A stretch of DNA of 35,544 nucleotides from IMG/VR virus record IMGVR_UViG_3300016265_000300, positions 1 to 35,544 of that record; one strand, 5' to 3'. The position numbers and the translations under genes were made by a program. Source of the DNA: a virus (lineage: Duplodnaviria; Caudoviricetes). The notes below the pieces were generated by a model. The model saw nothing but the letters and a program-made list of their open reading frames with translations, did no database searches and was not told the origin of the DNA. Positions 9,606 to 17,576 of this stretch are shown here, piece after piece; the stretch's first letter is position 1, and each line of letters opens with the position of its first letter.

Positions 9606-11382
9606 TTTTATTGAAGTACTTAAAAGTAATGTATTTGAGGAAAAACCAGTAGACGTAAAGACATTTGTTGAAGGCGATGAATTCTTAGGGCAACCATCAT
9701 TATCAGAAATACAATATGACATTGTAGAAGCTATGAGTCAAATCTATAGACTAGATGACCTTATTGAAATTATGGGAGACACAGAAGGTCGCAGACACTA
9801 TGCTAAATATACTAAAAATGAGATTATTCTACAGCTTGGTAAAGGTTCTGGTAAGGACTTTGTTTCTACCGTTGCTTGTTGCTATGTTGTTTATAAACTA
9901 CTTTGCTTAAAAGACCCTGCTCGTTATTTTGGCAAGCCATCTGGGGATGCTATAGATATTATCAACATTGCTATTAACGCACAACAGGCTAAGAACGTTT
10001 TCTTTAAAGGATTTAAAACTAAGGTAGAAAAGTCGCCTTGGTTTGCTGGAAAGTATTATGCAAAGGTAGATAGCATAGAGTTTAATAAGGCTATTACTGT
10101 TTATTCTGGTCACTCGGAGCGTGAGTCTCACGAAGGTCTTAACCTTATCTTGGCAGTACTTGACGAGATTGCTGGTTTTGCTCAAGAAGTTGGCACAGGA
10201 AATGAGCAGGGAAAGACCGCAGAGAACATCTATAAAGCCTTCCGTGCCTCCGTAGACAGCCGTTTTCCCGATTTAGGCAAAGTTGCCCTACTATCCTTTC
10301 CTAGATACCCTGGAGACTTTATTTCGACTAGATATGACGAGGTAATTGCTGACAAAGAAGTCACGGTAAAGAAACATAAGTTTATTATGAATCCAGACCT
10401 GCCAGAAGAAACAGAAGGAAATACCCTAGAAATAGAATGGGAAGAAGACACAATTCTAGCCTATAAGTTTCCTGGAATGTTTGCCATTAAAAGACCAACA
10501 TGGGTAGTAAATCCTACTCGTAAAGTAGATGATTTTAAACTAGCTTTTTACACAGACCTTGGCGATGCTATGCAACGTTTTGCTTGCGTACCTACCTATG
10601 CTTCAGACGCATTCTTTAAACAACAGGACAAGGTTCGTGCCTGTATGACGTTAGTTAATCCAATTAACTCTAACAAATCATTTGTAGAATCATTTAAACC
10701 AGACCCAGATAAGAAATACTTTGTTCATGCTGACCTTGCACAAAAGCACGACAAGTGTGCTGTAGCTATTGCTCACGTTGAGAAGTGGGTAAATGTCCAG
10801 GTAGTTAAAGATTACCAACAAGTAATGCCTATTGTAGTAGTAGATGCAGTAGTATATTGGGAGCCACGCATTGAAGGTCCAGTAAACCTATCTGATGTAA
10901 AACAATGGATTCAGAATTTGCGTAGACTTGGATTTGATATTGGCATGGTTTCGTTTGACCGCTGGCAATCTTTTGACATTCAAAACGAATTAAAATCTGT
11001 TGGTATTAAAACAGAAACAGTTTCTGTAGCCAAGAAGCACTATGAAGATATGGCTATGCTTATTTACGAAGAGCGTCTTGCTATGCCAGCAATAGATTTG
11101 TTGTTTGAAGAATTAACAGAACTAAAAATTATGAAGGGTAATCGTGTAGACCACCCACGCAAATCATCTAAAGACTTAGCAGATGCTGTGTGTGGTGCTA
11201 TCTTTGGTGCAATATCTCACACACCAAGAGACTTAAATCAGATGGTTGAGATACACACATTTAGAAGTAGAAAAGTTGAAGACATGCACGAATGGGATAC
11301 TCGCAGTATTGTAGAACGCAATAAGCCAGACCAAAAAGATTTAGATGCATACTTTAAACAGTTTAACATTAATATAATGTAG
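9586..11382 (+). CDS. terL: Terminase large subunit
   Basis: Walker A GKGSGKD, Walker B LAVLDE, coupling motif LSFP, nuclease motifs HADLAQKHD and SKDLADA. Confidence 0.92.
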   Translation: MSTMFNDFIEVLKSNVFEEKPVDVKTFVEGDEFLGQPSLSEIQYDIVEAMSQIYRLDDLIEIMGDTEGRRHYAKYTKNEIILQLGKGSGKDFVSTVACCYVVYKLLCLKDPARYFGKPSGDAIDIINIAINAQQAKNVFFKGFKTKVEKSPWFAGKYYAKVDSIEFNKAITVYSGHSERESHEGLNLILAVLDEIAGFAQEVGTGNEQGKTAENIYKAFRASVDSRFPDLGKVALLSFPRYPGDFISTRYDEVIADKEVTVKKHKFIMNPDLPEETEGNTLEIEWEEDTILAYKFPGMFAIKRPTWVVNPTRKVDDFKLAFYTDLGDAMQRFACVPTYASDAFFKQQDKVRACMTLVNPINSNKSFVESFKPDPDKKYFVHADLAQKHDKCAVAIAHVEKWVNVQVVKDYQQVMPIVVVDAVVYWEPRIEGPVNLSDVKQWIQNLRRLGFDIGMVSFDRWQSFDIQNELKSVGIKTETVSVAKKHYEDMAMLIYEERLAMPAIDLLFEELTELKIMKGNRVDHPRKSSKDLADAVCGAIFGAISHTPRDLNQMVEIHTFRSRKVEDMHEWDTRSIVERNKPDQKDLDAYFKQFNINIM

Positions 11383-11407
11383 TGATATAATAAAGTCATG
11401 GAGTACC

Positions 11408-11572
11408 ATGGCTAATAACGTGACACCGTTTCATCATCGTAAAAGTCAGCACTGGCATCTACGAAGACCAAGAAACTTGTTGCGTAGTCAATATAAAATG
11501 AGTCAAAATAGATATCAAAATCAAACTCGAATGGCTCCAAGCAAAAAGAACGACAATCTTTCTTACGAATAG
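11408..11572 (+). CDS. Small basic hypothetical protein (54 aa; not in ORF track)
   Basis: MANNVTPFHHRKSQHWHLRRPRNLLRS...; TG-A-TATAAT upstream and a GGAG RBS. Confidence 0.55.
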   Translation: MANNVTPFHHRKSQHWHLRRPRNLLRSQYKMSQNRYQNQTRMAPSKKNDNLSYE

Positions 11573-11617
11573 AATGGTATAATAATCTTGTCAGGCATTT
11601 CTGACAAGGAGAACCCC

Positions 11618-13069
11618 ATGAAAAAAATTTTTAAATTTGCAGTAGGAGTAGCAATGTCCTGTCTGTTTATGATTGCAACACCTTTGGCTTTTGCTGATAC
11701 AACTGATGACTATAATCGCAAGGTATCTGAAGCACAGGCAAAGATTAATGACTTACAAAACCAGCTTAATGCTGCTCAAGCAAGTTTGGATAGTTGGACA
11801 AACTCGTCTAACGAACAAGCAGAACTAATTAACTCAGCCCAGACAGCGGCTACAGAAGCAGAGCAAGCATTGGATGCAGCATTATCTAATTATGAACTAA
11901 AGAGAGCAGACTATGATGCTTGGTATGTTCAGGTACAGGCAGCAGAAGAAGTTGTTGTAGAAGCAATTGCTGATGTAAATGCAGCCGCTGACGTAGTAGA
12001 TAGCACATACGATGATTATTCGGTTGCACAAGCAAATGCCGATAATGCAGAAGCAGAAATGAATACTGCTCAGGTAAACTACGACACTCAACTAATAAAT
12101 GTTGGTGGAGAAGGTACAACACCAGGTTTGGTTGTAGATGTATATGTTGGCATTAGTCAATACGGTAATCCACCTAGTCGCTCCGACATTGTTTACACAA
12201 AATGTAAAACAGTTACAGTAGATAACATTCAGGCTAACTGGGGTAGTGGCAGTATCTTTGGTTGTGGTGGAGATTACGTTATGCTTCACTACCGTGGATA
12301 CATTACCTACCCAACTACAAGTAAGGTATATTTCCAAGCACAGGCTGATGACGGTTTCTACATGAAAATAAATGGTCAGCAAGTGATTAATGACTGGTCG
12401 CTAAAAGGCTGTGGGGCTAACTCAACTGGTATGTTCTCCTTTACAGGTGGAAAGTCCTACGCCATTGATGCATGGTTCTATGAGTGGGGTGGAGGTGCAT
12501 GTTCTACATTATACTACCAGCCACAAAATGGTCAGTGGGGTGTAGCACCTGCTTCATTCTTTACTCAAGATTCGGCTGCTACATGGGTAAAAGACCCTGC
12601 AAAGAAAGCAATTCTAGACCAAAAGACAGCAGCCTATGTTTCTGCGGTAGCTGTAGAAGAACAAAAATACGACATATATATTAATGCAGAAAACTCCTAT
12701 GACGGTGAATGGCTAACTTATGTAGCACTTAGTGGAGACCTTGCAAGCAAACGAACAACACTATTACAACTAGAAACAGTTATGGATAATTCTGAAAGCG
12801 AGTGGCAGTTTAGGGTTGACGATAAAGCTGTCAAAGATGCAGACCTGAGAGATTTAAAAGTTCAGTATGCAACTACATTTGATGGTATTCAAAATGCAGT
12901 CAATCTTGTTGACAGACTAGAAGCAGAACTGGCTCAAGCAAAAATAGATTTACAGAACATTCCTAAGCCATCAGCAAAGGATAAAAGAAAACCAAAGAAG
13001 GTGACTAATAGACCAATGGCAGATGGAGCCTACATGCCTAGAGAAATCTTTTTCCCTGTCCCAAAATAA
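11618..13069 (+). CDS. Secreted coiled-coil protein with PA14 domain (short isoform, 483 aa)
   Basis: AAGGAG RBS; signal peptide ending AFA/D; PA14 motifs ADDGFYMKING...INDW and WFYEWGGGA, flanked by Ala/Glu/Gln-rich coiled coils. Confidence 0.85.
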   Translation: MKKIFKFAVGVAMSCLFMIATPLAFADTTDDYNRKVSEAQAKINDLQNQLNAAQASLDSWTNSSNEQAELINSAQTAATEAEQALDAALSNYELKRADYDAWYVQVQAAEEVVVEAIADVNAAADVVDSTYDDYSVAQANADNAEAEMNTAQVNYDTQLINVGGEGTTPGLVVDVYVGISQYGNPPSRSDIVYTKCKTVTVDNIQANWGSGSIFGCGGDYVMLHYRGYITYPTTSKVYFQAQADDGFYMKINGQQVINDWSLKGCGANSTGMFSFTGGKSYAIDAWFYEWGGGACSTLYYQPQNGQWGVAPASFFTQDSAATWVKDPAKKAILDQKTAAYVSAVAVEEQKYDIYINAENSYDGEWLTYVALSGDLASKRTTLLQLETVMDNSESEWQFRVDDKAVKDADLRDLKVQYATTFDGIQNAVNLVDRLEAELAQAKIDLQNIPKPSAKDKRKPKKVTNRPMADGAYMPREIFFPVPK

Positions 13070-13341
13070 TTCCCCCCAAGGAGTTTGAGACAAACCCAGT
13101 CGCAAACATACCATTAGTGGGGGCGGTGTTTGAAGGGCTAGCAGATGCTTTTAATGCCCTAAATAACATTGGTGCAGACATGTCTCCAGCGGTCAGAGAA
13201 AAGGCACAAGAGGTGGTTGTATCTGCAATTATTGTTACGCAGATTGCTACACAGGCAGCAGCTATGGCTACACAAGCAGCAGCTGCAGCAAGTGCGTCTT
13301 CTGGTTCATCATCTGGTTCATCTAGGAGGATAAAACAATGA
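13060..13341 (+). CDS. -1 frame extension of the PA14 protein (membrane anchor); ORF-track 13117..13341
   Basis: The -1 frame is open from 13042 through C CCA AAA (13060-13066) into IIPPKEFETNPVANIPLVGAVF...VVVSAIIVTQIA...RRIKQ. No well-spaced RBS for GTG 13117. Confidence 0.7.
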   Translation, partial: PKIIPPKEFETNPVANIPLVGAVFEGLADAFNALNNIGADMSPAVREKAQEVVVSAIIVTQIATQAAAMATQAAAAASASSGSSSGSSRRIKQ

Positions 13342-13517
13342 AAGATTTTTTAAGTGATATGGTAAACCAACTATGGACACTTTTAGGTATGTTTGTTGCC
13401 TGGATTGTTCTTGAAGGTTCTGCCAAAACAGTTGTTGGCTACTGTATTCTCGGTAGCACTGTATTGTGGGCTTTGACCTATAGACTCAGAAACCCTAAAG
13501 ATAAGGAGGAAGACTAA
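13338..13517 (+). CDS. Small two-TM membrane protein (59 aa; not in ORF track)
   Basis: AGGAGG RBS; MKDFLSDMVNQLWTLLGMFVAWIVLEGSAK...; ATGA and TAATG overlaps at both ends. Confidence 0.8.
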   Translation: MKDFLSDMVNQLWTLLGMFVAWIVLEGSAKTVVGYCILGSTVLWALTYRLRNPKDKEED

Positions 13518-13813
13518 TGAAAACATTCGGTAATGTCCTTATGCGTATCGTTGCAACCTTCGTTGCATCAGCACTTGGAGTAGTTGGTGCTGGTACCGTT
13601 GCAAGCGGTGTAAGCGGAATTGATATCCCAGTTTGGTTCAGTGCTGTTATGGGTGGTATTTTAGCAGTAGCTAAAGTAGTAGAACTACTATCCCTAGCAT
13701 TCCTGGAAGATGGCAAGCTATCTCGTAATGAGATTGATGCTGCTTTCCGTCAGACTGTTGCTCTCAAAGATGTTGCTAAAGATGAACAAACATCTAGCAC
13801 ACCTAAGAAATAA
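13517..13813 (+). CDS. Two-TM membrane protein, holin-like
   Basis: Two hydrophobic helices and a charged C-terminal DGKLSRNEID; AAGGAGG RBS. Confidence 0.7.
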   Translation: MKTFGNVLMRIVATFVASALGVVGAGTVASGVSGIDIPVWFSAVMGGILAVAKVVELLSLAFLEDGKLSRNEIDAAFRQTVALKDVAKDEQTSSTPKK

Positions 13814-13814
13814 C

Positions 13815-13868
13815 TTGACAAAACCCCTTTTGGTGCCCTATAATTGATATAGACCTGAAAGGGGTTTT
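13815..13868 (+). promoter_or_regulatory. sigmaA promoter nested in an 11-bp inverted repeat that includes the downstream RBS
   Basis: TTGACA (13815)-N18-TATAAT (13839); arms AAAACCCCTTT (13820-13830) and AAAGGGGTTTT (13858-13868). Confidence 0.7.
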
Positions 13869-13869
13869 T

Positions 13870-14112
13870 ATGTCAATGACTTTTGATGAATGGTTGCAGT
13901 ATGGTTTATCACAGGGCTGGAATGGTCCTGCTGTTTGTGCTATCCACGATGGCTTACCAACAACTGCCGAAGAAGATGCTGGATGGGAACTAGGTGCAGA
14001 TGATTGTATCCATGTTTTAAGATTGTACGAAGATAAAGCAATCAAAGCGGCTGTGGAAGAAAATCATGCTCCGTCTGTATGGCGAGCAACAAATAGTGGC
14101 TATACACTTTAA
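13870..14112 (+). CDS. Conserved-looking small actinophage protein
   Basis: FDEWLQYG..GW.GP.VC..HDG.P...DDCIHVLRLY; has its own promoter. Confidence 0.8.
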   Translation: MSMTFDEWLQYGLSQGWNGPAVCAIHDGLPTTAEEDAGWELGADDCIHVLRLYEDKAIKAAVEENHAPSVWRATNSGYTL

Positions 14113-14119
14113 CTAGCAT

Positions 14120-14192
14120 TCCCCTTTAGCTCAATTGGCAGAGCAATCGGCTGTTAACCGATAGGTTCTTGGTTCGAGTCCAAGAGGGGGAG
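14120..14192 (+). tRNA. tRNA-Asn(GTT)
   Basis: Acceptor TCCCCTT/AGGGGGA, anticodon arm ATCGG-CTGTTAA-CCGAT, T arm CTTGG-TTCGAGT-CCAAG; no encoded CCA. Confidence 0.96.
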
Positions 14193-14194
14193 CG

Positions 14195-14264
14195 GATAGA
14201 TGAAGCACATCAGTGGAGTCACCCAGAGCACTGGGCATGTAGCCCTCCAATGCCTATCTCTATC
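14195..14264 (+). ncRNA. Candidate structured ncRNA 1 in tRNA cluster
   Basis: Nested stems GATAGA/TCTATC, GCA/TGC, TGGAG/CTCCA and CCCAG-AGCA-CTGGG; begins 2 nt after tRNA-Asn. Confidence 0.5.
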
Positions 14265-14266
14265 AA

Positions 14267-14340
14267 GTAATGTATTAGAATAGTTTTCTACAGGGAGTAC
14301 CCAGTGGATTGACTTCGAAGAATTATTCGAAATACATTAC
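14267..14340 (+). ncRNA. Candidate structured ncRNA 2 in tRNA cluster
   Basis: Perfect 10-bp closing stem GTAATGTATT/AATACATTAC, extended by GAATAGTTTTC/GAAGAATTATTC; GGG-AGTA-CCC in the loop; ends 4 nt before tRNA-Asp. Confidence 0.55.
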
Positions 14341-14344
14341 GATT

Positions 14345-14418
14345 GGCTTCGTAGCTCAGTTGGTTAGAGCACTCGGTTGTCAGCCGAAAGGTCGTGGGTT
14401 CAAGTCCCATCGAAGTCG
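14345..14418 (+). tRNA. tRNA-Asp(GTC)
   Basis: Acceptor GGCTTCG/CGAAGTC, anticodon loop TTGTCAG, T arm GTGGG-TTCAAGT-CCCAT. Confidence 0.94.
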
Positions 14419-14422
14419 CAAT

Positions 14423-14495
14423 GCTACCTTAGCTCATTCGGTAGAGCAATGCACTTGTAATGCATAGGTGGTGGGTTCGAATCCCACAGGTAGCT
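14423..14495 (+). tRNA. tRNA-Thr(TGT)
   Basis: Acceptor GCTACCT/AGGTAGC, anticodon arm ATGCA-CTTGTAA-TGCAT, T arm GTGGG-TTCGAAT-CCCAC. Confidence 0.96.
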
Positions 14496-14564
14496 CTAGT
14501 AAGAATGTTATAATTGTATTACTATGAATAAATCATAGAATACATCTTGAAAGGAAGTATTATT

Positions 14565-14993
14565 ATGCCAGAAGCAATTTATGTAGAGCCATTCCCAAAG
14601 TCAAAGCGTGGGGATGGATTTAAAAATATGGCACCTTATCGTACAAATCCACACCGTGGTGTAGACTGGTCAGTTGCTGGGGGTAGTCCAATTAAGGCTA
14701 TTACAGGTGGAACAGTTATGGAAGTAGGAGAAACAAAGGTATTGGGTAATTACCTAATTCAGTCAACATATGACAAGCACTTTATTCTTTATGCACACTT
14801 TCAGAAACCATCGGATTTGAAGAAGGGCGACAAAGTAGAAGCAGGAAAAACTGTTGTTGGTCTAGTTGGAACAACTGGTACCGCATCGACAGGGAATCAT
14901 CTGCACGTCACATATGGAACTGTACAGAATCTAGTTACTGCTGACATTAGCAAGCTAGTTGACCTGTTCGCAGTGTTTGACAAGAAGAAGTAA
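14565..14993 (+). CDS. M23 family peptidase (probable endolysin, catalytic domain only)
   Basis: HRGVD (HxxxD), YAH and GTTGTASTGNHLH (HxH). Confidence 0.9.
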   Translation: MPEAIYVEPFPKSKRGDGFKNMAPYRTNPHRGVDWSVAGGSPIKAITGGTVMEVGETKVLGNYLIQSTYDKHFILYAHFQKPSDLKKGDKVEAGKTVVGLVGTTGTASTGNHLHVTYGTVQNLVTADISKLVDLFAVFDKKK

Positions 14994-14995
14994 AA

Positions 14996-15172
14996 ATGCC
15001 AACCTATAAATTTATTTGTCCTAAGTGTGAAAAGATTGATACCGATGTAAGGTCTTTTGCTGATGCAGATAAAGAATTTGTGTGCCAATCTTGCAACATT
15101 CCCATGAACAAAGTATATTCAATTGGAGCAATTAAATTTAATGGTGGAGGGTTTTACAGAAATGACAAATAA
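14996..15172 (+). CDS. FmdB-family zinc-ribbon protein (58 aa; not in ORF track)
   Basis: MPTYKFICPKC...CQSC...FNGGGFYRND matches the MPxYxxxCxxC...CxxC...FxGxGFY pattern. Confidence 0.85.
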   Translation: MPTYKFICPKCEKIDTDVRSFADADKEFVCQSCNIPMNKVYSIGAIKFNGGGFYRNDK

Positions 15173-15389
15173 CCTAATTGAGCAAATAAACAATAGATGG
15201 ACGCTAACAGCACACGATAGGTGTGATGCTTGTGGCTCACAGGCTTATGTTCAGGCATTAGGTGCAGTTGGTGATTTGCTTTTCTGTGCCCATCATTACG
15301 AGGGTATTCTAAATAATGAGAAGGCACAGGAAGCAATGAACCGATTTGCTTATCAGATTATAGATGAACGTAGTAAGATTGAGATTTAA
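15162..15389 (+). CDS. Small Zn-binding protein of a type common in Actinobacteria
   Basis: LTAHDRCDACGSQAYV...LLFCAHH. Confidence 0.8.
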   Translation: MTNNLIEQINNRWTLTAHDRCDACGSQAYVQALGAVGDLLFCAHHYEGILNNEKAQEAMNRFAYQIIDERSKIEI

Positions 15390-15391
15390 AA

Positions 15392-16315
15392 ATGGAATCG
15401 CATCCTATATTTGCATATAACGAATCTATGTTTGGTGGAACAGAAACTATGGCAAAAGGATTTATTAAAAATATTTTGCCAGAAATGAGCAACATTCACA
15501 ACTATAAGTGTGTTATTATTCCAGGATATTTACCAGAACTCAGGACCTGGGGACTTGACGGTAAGCAAACAGTTTTATGGCTACATAATACAATAGAACA
15601 ATTTTCTCAACAAGTAGATAGGCTACTACACAATAAAGCTATTGCAAATAGTATCAAATATGTAATTGCGGTGTCAGAATATCACAAAAATGTTCTTGCA
15701 AAAGAATTAGGATTTTCATTAGAAAAGATAATTGTAATTCCAAATGCTATAAATATGATAACTCCTATGCCAAATAAGTTTGAGAATGTTGAAAAGGTAA
15801 AAATTATCCATGCGTCTTCTCAAGACAGAGGTTTGGAAATGCTTCTAAACTCTATACCATTAATAGAAGAAGATTTTGAGCTTAATGTATTTAACGATTT
15901 TTATCCAGACACAAAACATTCTTACAACTTAGATGCTGTAAATGACCCTAGAATTAATTTTTGGGGAAAAACTCCACGCAAAATGGTCTATAAATTTATG
16001 TCTGAAGCACACATTCATGCTTATCCTTCAGTATATCCAGAAACTTCTTGTCTTACACAAATAGAAGCTATGTCTGCTGGTTGTTATCCTGTTATTACTA
16101 ATCTTGGTGCATTACCAGAAACATCGATGGGCTATGGGACAATTGTGCCAATAGAAGAGTTAACACCAGAAAAATATGCAGAAGAATTGACAAAAGCAAT
16201 TATATCTATAAAAGAAAATGGGTATGATTATTCCATGCAAGTGCAAGATATACAAAATAACTTTTCTTGGGATAAAGCAAAAGAAAACTGGCTTAAGCTT
16301 GATGAAATGATATAA
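15392..16315 (+). CDS. GT-B (GT4-like) glycosyltransferase
   Basis: GGTE, WLHN, AVSEYH, VIPNAI, YPSVYPETSCLTQIEAMSAG (ExxxxxxxE). Confidence 0.9.
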   Translation: MESHPIFAYNESMFGGTETMAKGFIKNILPEMSNIHNYKCVIIPGYLPELRTWGLDGKQTVLWLHNTIEQFSQQVDRLLHNKAIANSIKYVIAVSEYHKNVLAKELGFSLEKIIVIPNAINMITPMPNKFENVEKVKIIHASSQDRGLEMLLNSIPLIEEDFELNVFNDFYPDTKHSYNLDAVNDPRINFWGKTPRKMVYKFMSEAHIHAYPSVYPETSCLTQIEAMSAGCYPVITNLGALPETSMGYGTIVPIEELTPEKYAEELTKAIISIKENGYDYSMQVQDIQNNFSWDKAKENWLKLDEMI

Positions 16316-16326
16316 TTAGGTGTATT

Positions 16327-16734
16327 ATGGAATATTTAATTGGATGTGTAATAACATTAATAACAATGTCAATAACTGCTATGTTTGTTAGAAAAAATAA
16401 TTTAAAACAATCTAAACTTTTATTTAGTCAAAGTCGTGGCTATTCTATAACTCACCAATATTTTACAAAAAAGTATTCAAAAACAACCAAAAGGCAGTCA
16501 GTTAAAAATCTTTATAAAAAGTCTGTTAAGACTATTTATATTGGGGAAACAGCGTATTGGATTGAGAATAATGCGTTATACGAAGCCGAACATATTAATG
16601 GTCATATACTGAAAGAAACTCAAAAAAGAGTTGACATAATGAGCATGGATAAGGTAGAATTAAAGAGAATGATTTTTATTGTTGATAGGCTAACGGAAGG
16701 ATTAGACAATGATAGTAGCAATTCAGGGAACTAA
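16327..16734 (+). CDS. N-terminally anchored membrane protein
   Basis: N-terminal TM helix; AYWIENNALYEA; extended -10 upstream. Confidence 0.75.
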   Translation: MEYLIGCVITLITMSITAMFVRKNNLKQSKLLFSQSRGYSITHQYFTKKYSKTTKRQSVKNLYKKSVKTIYIGETAYWIENNALYEAEHINGHILKETQKRVDIMSMDKVELKRMIFIVDRLTEGLDNDSSNSGN

Positions 16735-17059
16735 GAAATTTGATGACTATAATGTATTTCTTAGGGCTATGGGTGTGGCTTTGTCTAGCATACCCGAAGG
16801 AGATGCGGAGTTCACAATAGCATCTGCTGGACCTTTGAACATAAATCAAATGGGCTTAGAATTTTCAAATGTTTCTGAGCGTAGCCTAAAAGCTCGTGGA
16901 ATTAAGATTAAATTAATTAAAGTTCCACCCAGTTGGATTAAAGAAAATATTCATAGTATTGGGTACTTTGCTTTTTTTAGCAAACCCAAAGAAACAGTGT
17001 CTGAGCTGGTTGATTTAGCAGAAGCAAAAGATATTGAAGTTGGAGTATATCGTTATTAA
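16709..17059 (+). CDS. Hypothetical protein (possible SLOG/YspA-like Rossmann fold)
   Basis: MIVAIQGTKKFDDY resembles the IxxxGSRxFxDY start of YspA/SLOG proteins. Confidence 0.6.
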   Translation: MIVAIQGTKKFDDYNVFLRAMGVALSSIPEGDAEFTIASAGPLNINQMGLEFSNVSERSLKARGIKIKLIKVPPSWIKENIHSIGYFAFFSKPKETVSELVDLAEAKDIEVGVYRY

Positions 17060-17067
17060 ACGAAAGG

Positions 17068-17295
17068 GTGATTATGTTAATTAAATCACTAAATGAGATG
17101 GAAGCTATTGTAGAAAACAATAAGGCTCTATCGTGGGATGGCTGGACGGTAGTAGAATCCAGGTGGTCTCAAACAGCGTGGATGCAACCAAATGCTGTGT
17201 TTAAAAATAACAAATGGTTCATCGTTAATCGCTTTGAAGCTGGTAAAGATGGTTGGGATATACCATCCAAGTTGGTGAAGAAGTATGCCAAATGA
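17068..17295 (+). CDS. Small Trp-rich hypothetical protein
   Basis: LSWDGWTVV; GAAAGG RBS; overlaps whiB. Confidence 0.7.
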   Translation: MIMLIKSLNEMEAIVENNKALSWDGWTVVESRWSQTAWMQPNAVFKNNKWFIVNRFEAGKDGWDIPSKLVKKYAK

Positions 17296-17575
17296 TAAAA
17301 ACTGGAGAGATTCTGCCAAGTGTGATGGTTGGGATGTTAATTTATTCTTTGACAATTACGAAGAAGATGTCGAACTTAGAAAAGACGTTGACGAGTTTTG
17401 CTCAGGATGTCCTGTAATGAGACAATGTTTTGCTTATGGTATTTCAACTAAGCAATATGGAGTTTGGGGCGGTGTCTATTTGGACAAAGGCAAAATCTCT
17501 AGAGAATTTAACAATCACAAAACAAAAAATGATTGGGCTAATACCTGGTCTGACCTAACAATGGATAAGGAATAA
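17285..17575 (+). CDS. whiB: WhiB-family Fe-S transcription factor
   Basis: W..SAKC...FF...CSGCPVMRQC...YGVWGG (four Cys plus the G[V/I]WGG turn). Confidence 0.93.
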   Translation: MPNDKNWRDSAKCDGWDVNLFFDNYEEDVELRKDVDEFCSGCPVMRQCFAYGISTKQYGVWGGVYLDKGKISREFNNHKTKNDWANTWSDLTMDKE

Positions 17576-17576
17576 T

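Noticed and set aside
1599-11382. Inteins or introns in dnaE, recA or terL
   Set aside because: Lengths are ordinary, conserved motifs are contiguous, and I saw no C...HN splice junctions or LAGLIDADG blocks.
13078-13119. AAGGAG at 13078 as RBS for an independent 74-aa gene
   Set aside because: It is 33 nt from GTG 13117 and lies within the predicted frameshift-stimulating stem; the nearby TTG is out of frame.
14193-14264. HDV-like (theta) ribozyme after tRNA-Asn
   Set aside because: I could not build the nested double pseudoknot: no P1.1 GG after P1' and no J4/2-P2' downstream. Hammerhead core motifs are also absent.
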